64,000 nucleotides of DNA from Myxococcota bacterium (GTDB lineage Bacteria; Myxococcota_A; UBA796; UBA2385), in assembly GCA_044344255.1 (NCBI GenBank), contig JBIJDH010000017.1:1-64000 (forward strand). The letters are read 5' to 3'. Shown one piece after another: positions 61,257 through 64,000 of the stretch. Position numbers and translations under genes: made by a program. Positions within the stretch are counted from its first letter, which is position 1, and each line of letters begins with the position of its first letter. The notes under the pieces were generated by a model that was not told where the DNA came from, made no database searches, and worked only from the letters and a program-made list of their open reading frames with translations.

Positions 61257-64000
61257 TCACTCGACGGGGAGGAGAGGGTGGAAGGCGTGGAGGAGCCAGC
61301 GCGCCAGGACGCCGAGCTCGGGCGGTGGACAGGGCTCGGCGAGGCCCGGAGCGACCCGCAGCGGGAGCCCGTCGAAGAGCTCGAGCAGCGTCTCGGTCGC
61401 CCCGCTCGGCCGCTCGAGCAGGAAGGTGTGGACGGGGAACAAGGGGTTGTCGAGCGGGAGGCCGGCGCGCAGGCGGTCGAGCCAGCGCGGCAGCGCCTCC
61501 GGGGAGAGGCGGGCGCCCTCGGCCTCGAGCGCCGCCATCAGCTCGGACAGGCGAGTCGGGCGGGCGGTGGTCCAGTGATAGTAGTCTATCGTCTCGATCG
61601 GGCGGCCGATTGAGGCGGCGATGCCCTCTGCCACGTCGTCCACCGCCACCAGATCGAGCTCGATCTCGGCGTCCGGCCAGCGGCCGAGCGCCGCGCAGCC
61701 GAGCAGGAAGCGGCTCAGGAAGTCATCGAGGTGCCCGACCCCCGTCTCGCGCGCCCCGACGATCAAGCCCGGGCGATGGATGACGAGAGGGATGGCGCAG
61801 TGCCCGGCCACGCGCAGGAGAGACTCGGCCACCCACTTGGTGCGCGCGTATCCCGAATAGAGAAACTCCGGCTCCAGGACCCGGTCTGTCGCGAGCACGA
61901 GGCGCTGCTCCCGCCGGTTGCGGGTGTTGAACACCGCCGTCGTAGACACGAAGTGGAGAGGCCGCGCCGCGCCCCCCGACAGGGCGAGCGACACGAGCAC
62001 CGGGATCGGCCCCACGTTTACGGGGGCGAGAGCGGAATAGGGCGCCACGAAATTCACGTCGGCCGCGTTGTGAAGCAGTCCGCCGAGCTCCTCCCCCTGT
62101 CGGGCCCACTCCGCGCTGGACAGGCCGAGGCCGGGCGCCCGGAGGTCTCCCGGCAGGGCGACGACGCGCCCCGGGAGGCCCAAGGCCTGGAGACGGTCAT
62201 TCAGGCCCCCCGTCGCCGCGGCGTCGGCCTGTCCGTCCAGCCCAGGCAGCGGGCCGTGGGCGAGGGCCCGGAGGAGCCTCCCCTCCGCCTCAACGGCGTC
62301 GGCCGCCCGGACGAGGCAGCGCACCTCCCCGCCGCGGCGCAGCAGCGCGGCGAGGGTGTGCGCGCCGAGGAAGCCGGTCGCACCCGTGAAGAGCAGGGGG
62401 CCCTCCGTCGCCCGCTCCGGCGGTCGCTGGTGGGGGAGGGCCCGGGTGAGGTCGCGCACGGCCTCCCGCCAGCCCGGGACGGCGTCGAGCTCGACCTGGC
62501 GCGCGCGGCCCGCGCCTCGCATCGCCTCCGCGAGCGCCACGGCCACCGCGCCGAGCGAGCTGCCGTCAAAGAAGGCGCGGAGGGGCGGCTCGACGCCGAG
62601 CAGGCCGCGGAGGGCGGTGATGAGGGTGGCGAGATCGAGCGAGGAGAGGCCGAGCTCGAGGGGCGGGCGCTCGAGGGCCTCGGGGCCTGCGCCGAGGCGC
62701 TGGAGCAGAACAGCGGCGATCGCGTCGACCAGGAGGGGGCCCTCGAGCCCGACCAGCGAGGGAGCGGGGCCCGCGGCGGGGGCCGACCCGCGACCGAGGT
62801 CCGCGCGCTCCCCCCAGGTGCCGGCGTGGGCCAGGGCGGCACAGGCGGCGCGGGCGAGCTTCTGGGTGGGGGTGCGCGGGATCGCGCCCGGCGGCAAGAG
62901 GTAGAGGGCGGCGATGGCGAGCCCGTGGCGCTCCGAGACCGCTCGCCGCGCCGCGCGGCGCAGCGCCCGAGCGCCCGCCTCGCCGTCCTCGGCCGGGGGC
63001 TCCGTCGCCCGGCGCTCCATCGCCAGCCCGAGGGCCTCTTCACCCTCTTGGAGCACGGCGAAGGCGGCCACCTCCACGAGGCCGTGCTCGTCGCAGGCGA
63101 CGCGCAGGGTGGCCTCGACATCGACCGGGTCGTGGTTCTTACCCCGGACGATGATGAGCTCCTTCAGCCTCCCGGTGACATAGAGCTCCCCCACCTCCCC
63201 CACCTCCCCCACCTCCCCCACCTCCCCCGCTGCTCCGCGCTCCACGACGCCGAGGTCGCCGGTGCGAAACCACTCCCCCTCCGCGCCCTCGAGGGTGGCG
63301 GCGCAGCGGGCCCGAGAGTCCTCGGCGGGGCCGGTGTAGCGGCGGATGACGCCGGGCCCCTGGGTCCAGAGCTCACCCACCCGCCCGGGGGGCAAGGCGA
63401 CGCGGCGCTCGGGGTCGACGGCGATCACGCGGGTGTCGGGGCCGAGCGGCGGGCCGTTGCTGATCAGCCAGCGCGTGTCGGCGGTGTCGAGGGGGGCCTG
63501 GAGCCTCCCCGAGGCCAGCCCCGCGCGGCTCACACTGAGTCGGGCGGGCGGGCGACCCTGGGGGATGCTGGTGCAGAGCGTCTCAGTCAGGCCGTAGTAG
63601 GGGTGGAGCGCGGCCGGGCGCAGGCCGGCGGGGGCGAGGCGGCCGAAGAAGGCGTCCACCGTCGCCGGGCGCACCACCTCGCCGCCCGAAACGGCCATGT
63701 CCAAGGCGGAGAGGTCGAGCGCGGCGATCGCGTCGTCGGTGAGCAGCTTCGTGACGAGGGCGTAGGCGAAGTCCGGGGCCGCGGTGACGGTGGCGCGGGC
63801 GCGAGACAGCACCTCGAGCCAGAGGGGGGGCCGCTGTAAGAAGGCCTGGGGCGAGAGGATCACCCCCTCGGCGCCAAGGAAGACGGGCAGCAGCCGCGTG
63901 TAGAGGCCGGCGACGTGGGCCCAGGGCAGCCAGGTGCAGACCACGTCCGCGGGGCCTCGCCCGCAGCACCGCGCCAGGGCGGCGAGGTTGTGCGTGAGGG
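61257..64000 (-). CDS. Fatty acyl-AMP ligase - ACP - thioester reductase; 5' end lies beyond the window
   Basis: The frame stays open to the window edge. FAAL motifs WLPW.H..GL, P.YGL.E, WFRTGDLG, GRLKELIIVRGKNH.P.DVE and IPRT...K; ACP LGLSSL; reductase TGATGFLG and GYARTKWVAE. Confidence 0.88.
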   Translation of the reverse strand, partial: LTHNLAALARCCGRGPADVVCTWLPWAHVAGLYTRLLPVFLGAEGVILSPQAFLQRPPLWLEVLSRARATVTAAPDFAYALVTKLLTDDAIAALDLSALDMAVSGGEVVRPATVDAFFGRLAPAGLRPAALHPYYGLTETLCTSIPQGRPPARLSVSRAGLASGRLQAPLDTADTRWLISNGPPLGPDTRVIAVDPERRVALPPGRVGELWTQGPGVIRRYTGPAEDSRARCAATLEGAEGEWFRTGDLGVVERGAAGEVGEVGEVGEVGELYVTGRLKELIIVRGKNHDPVDVEATLRVACDEHGLVEVAAFAVLQEGEEALGLAMERRATEPPAEDGEAGARALRRAARRAVSERHGLAIAALYLLPPGAIPRTPTQKLARAACAALAHAGTWGERADLGRGSAPAAGPAPSLVGLEGPLLVDAIAAVLLQRLGAGPEALERPPLELGLSSLDLATLITALRGLLGVEPPLRAFFDGSSLGAVAVALAEAMRGAGRARQVELDAVPGWREAVRDLTRALPHQRPPERATEGPLLFTGATGFLGAHTLAALLRRGGEVRCLVRAADAVEAEGRLLRALAHGPLPGLDGQADAAATGGLNDRLQALGLPGRVVALPGDLRAPGLGLSSAEWARQGEELGGLLHNAADVNFVAPYSALAPVNVGPIPVLVSLALSGGAARPLHFVSTTAVFNTRNRREQRLVLATDRVLEPEFLYSGYARTKWVAESLLRVAGHCAIPLVIHRPGLIVGARETGVGHLDDFLSRFLLGCAALGRWPDAEIELDLVAVDDVAEGIAASIGRPIETIDYYHWTTARPTRLSELMAALEAEGARLSPEALPRWLDRLRAGLPLDNPLFPVHTFLLERPSGATETLLELFDGLPLRVAPGLAEPCPPPELGVLARWLLHAFHPLLPVE
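63186..63228 (-). repeat. In-frame 9-bp tandem repeat encoding (GEV)4GE inside the FAAL
   Basis: ctcccccac four times plus ctccccc. Confidence 0.9.

Overview
Gene-dense, very GC-rich bacterial DNA. The gene content (Hanks kinases, PEGA, FGE-sulfatase, MopE-motif, FG-GAP and vWA lipoproteins, sigma54 activator) suggests a Myxococcota-like organism; this is inference from gene content only. About 52 CDSs or gene remnants are supported. Housekeeping genes include an ABC-F protein, a long-chain acyl-CoA ligase, lgt, an LD-carboxypeptidase, pruA, an XPB helicase with partner, xseB, tonB-exbB-exbD-exbD, a PlsC-type acyltransferase, ispA and tlyA. No tRNA, rRNA, CRISPR array, transposase or reverse transcriptase was recognised. 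Most notable: (1) at the right edge, a KS/C-domain-free biosynthetic operon: FAAL-ACP-reductase, ACP-FkbH-PCP-reductase-putative cyclase, and SnoaL; (2) at the left edge, a DUF559 nuclease next to a tandem plus inverted array of double-hairpin repeats with compensatory changes; (3) an FGE/CLec gene whose 3' end looks like a DGR variable region; (4) a ~175-235 nt rod-like structured element behind a sigma70-like promoter upstream of XPB; (5) a GNAT fused to a eukaryote-type GABA aminotransferase, coupled to an HDAC gene and divergent from an orphan HExxH enzyme; (6) a sigma54 promoter in front of a GT2/radical SAM pair; (7) a GT-C gene broken by a single nonsense codon. All family calls come from motif recognition by eye; no database searches were run.
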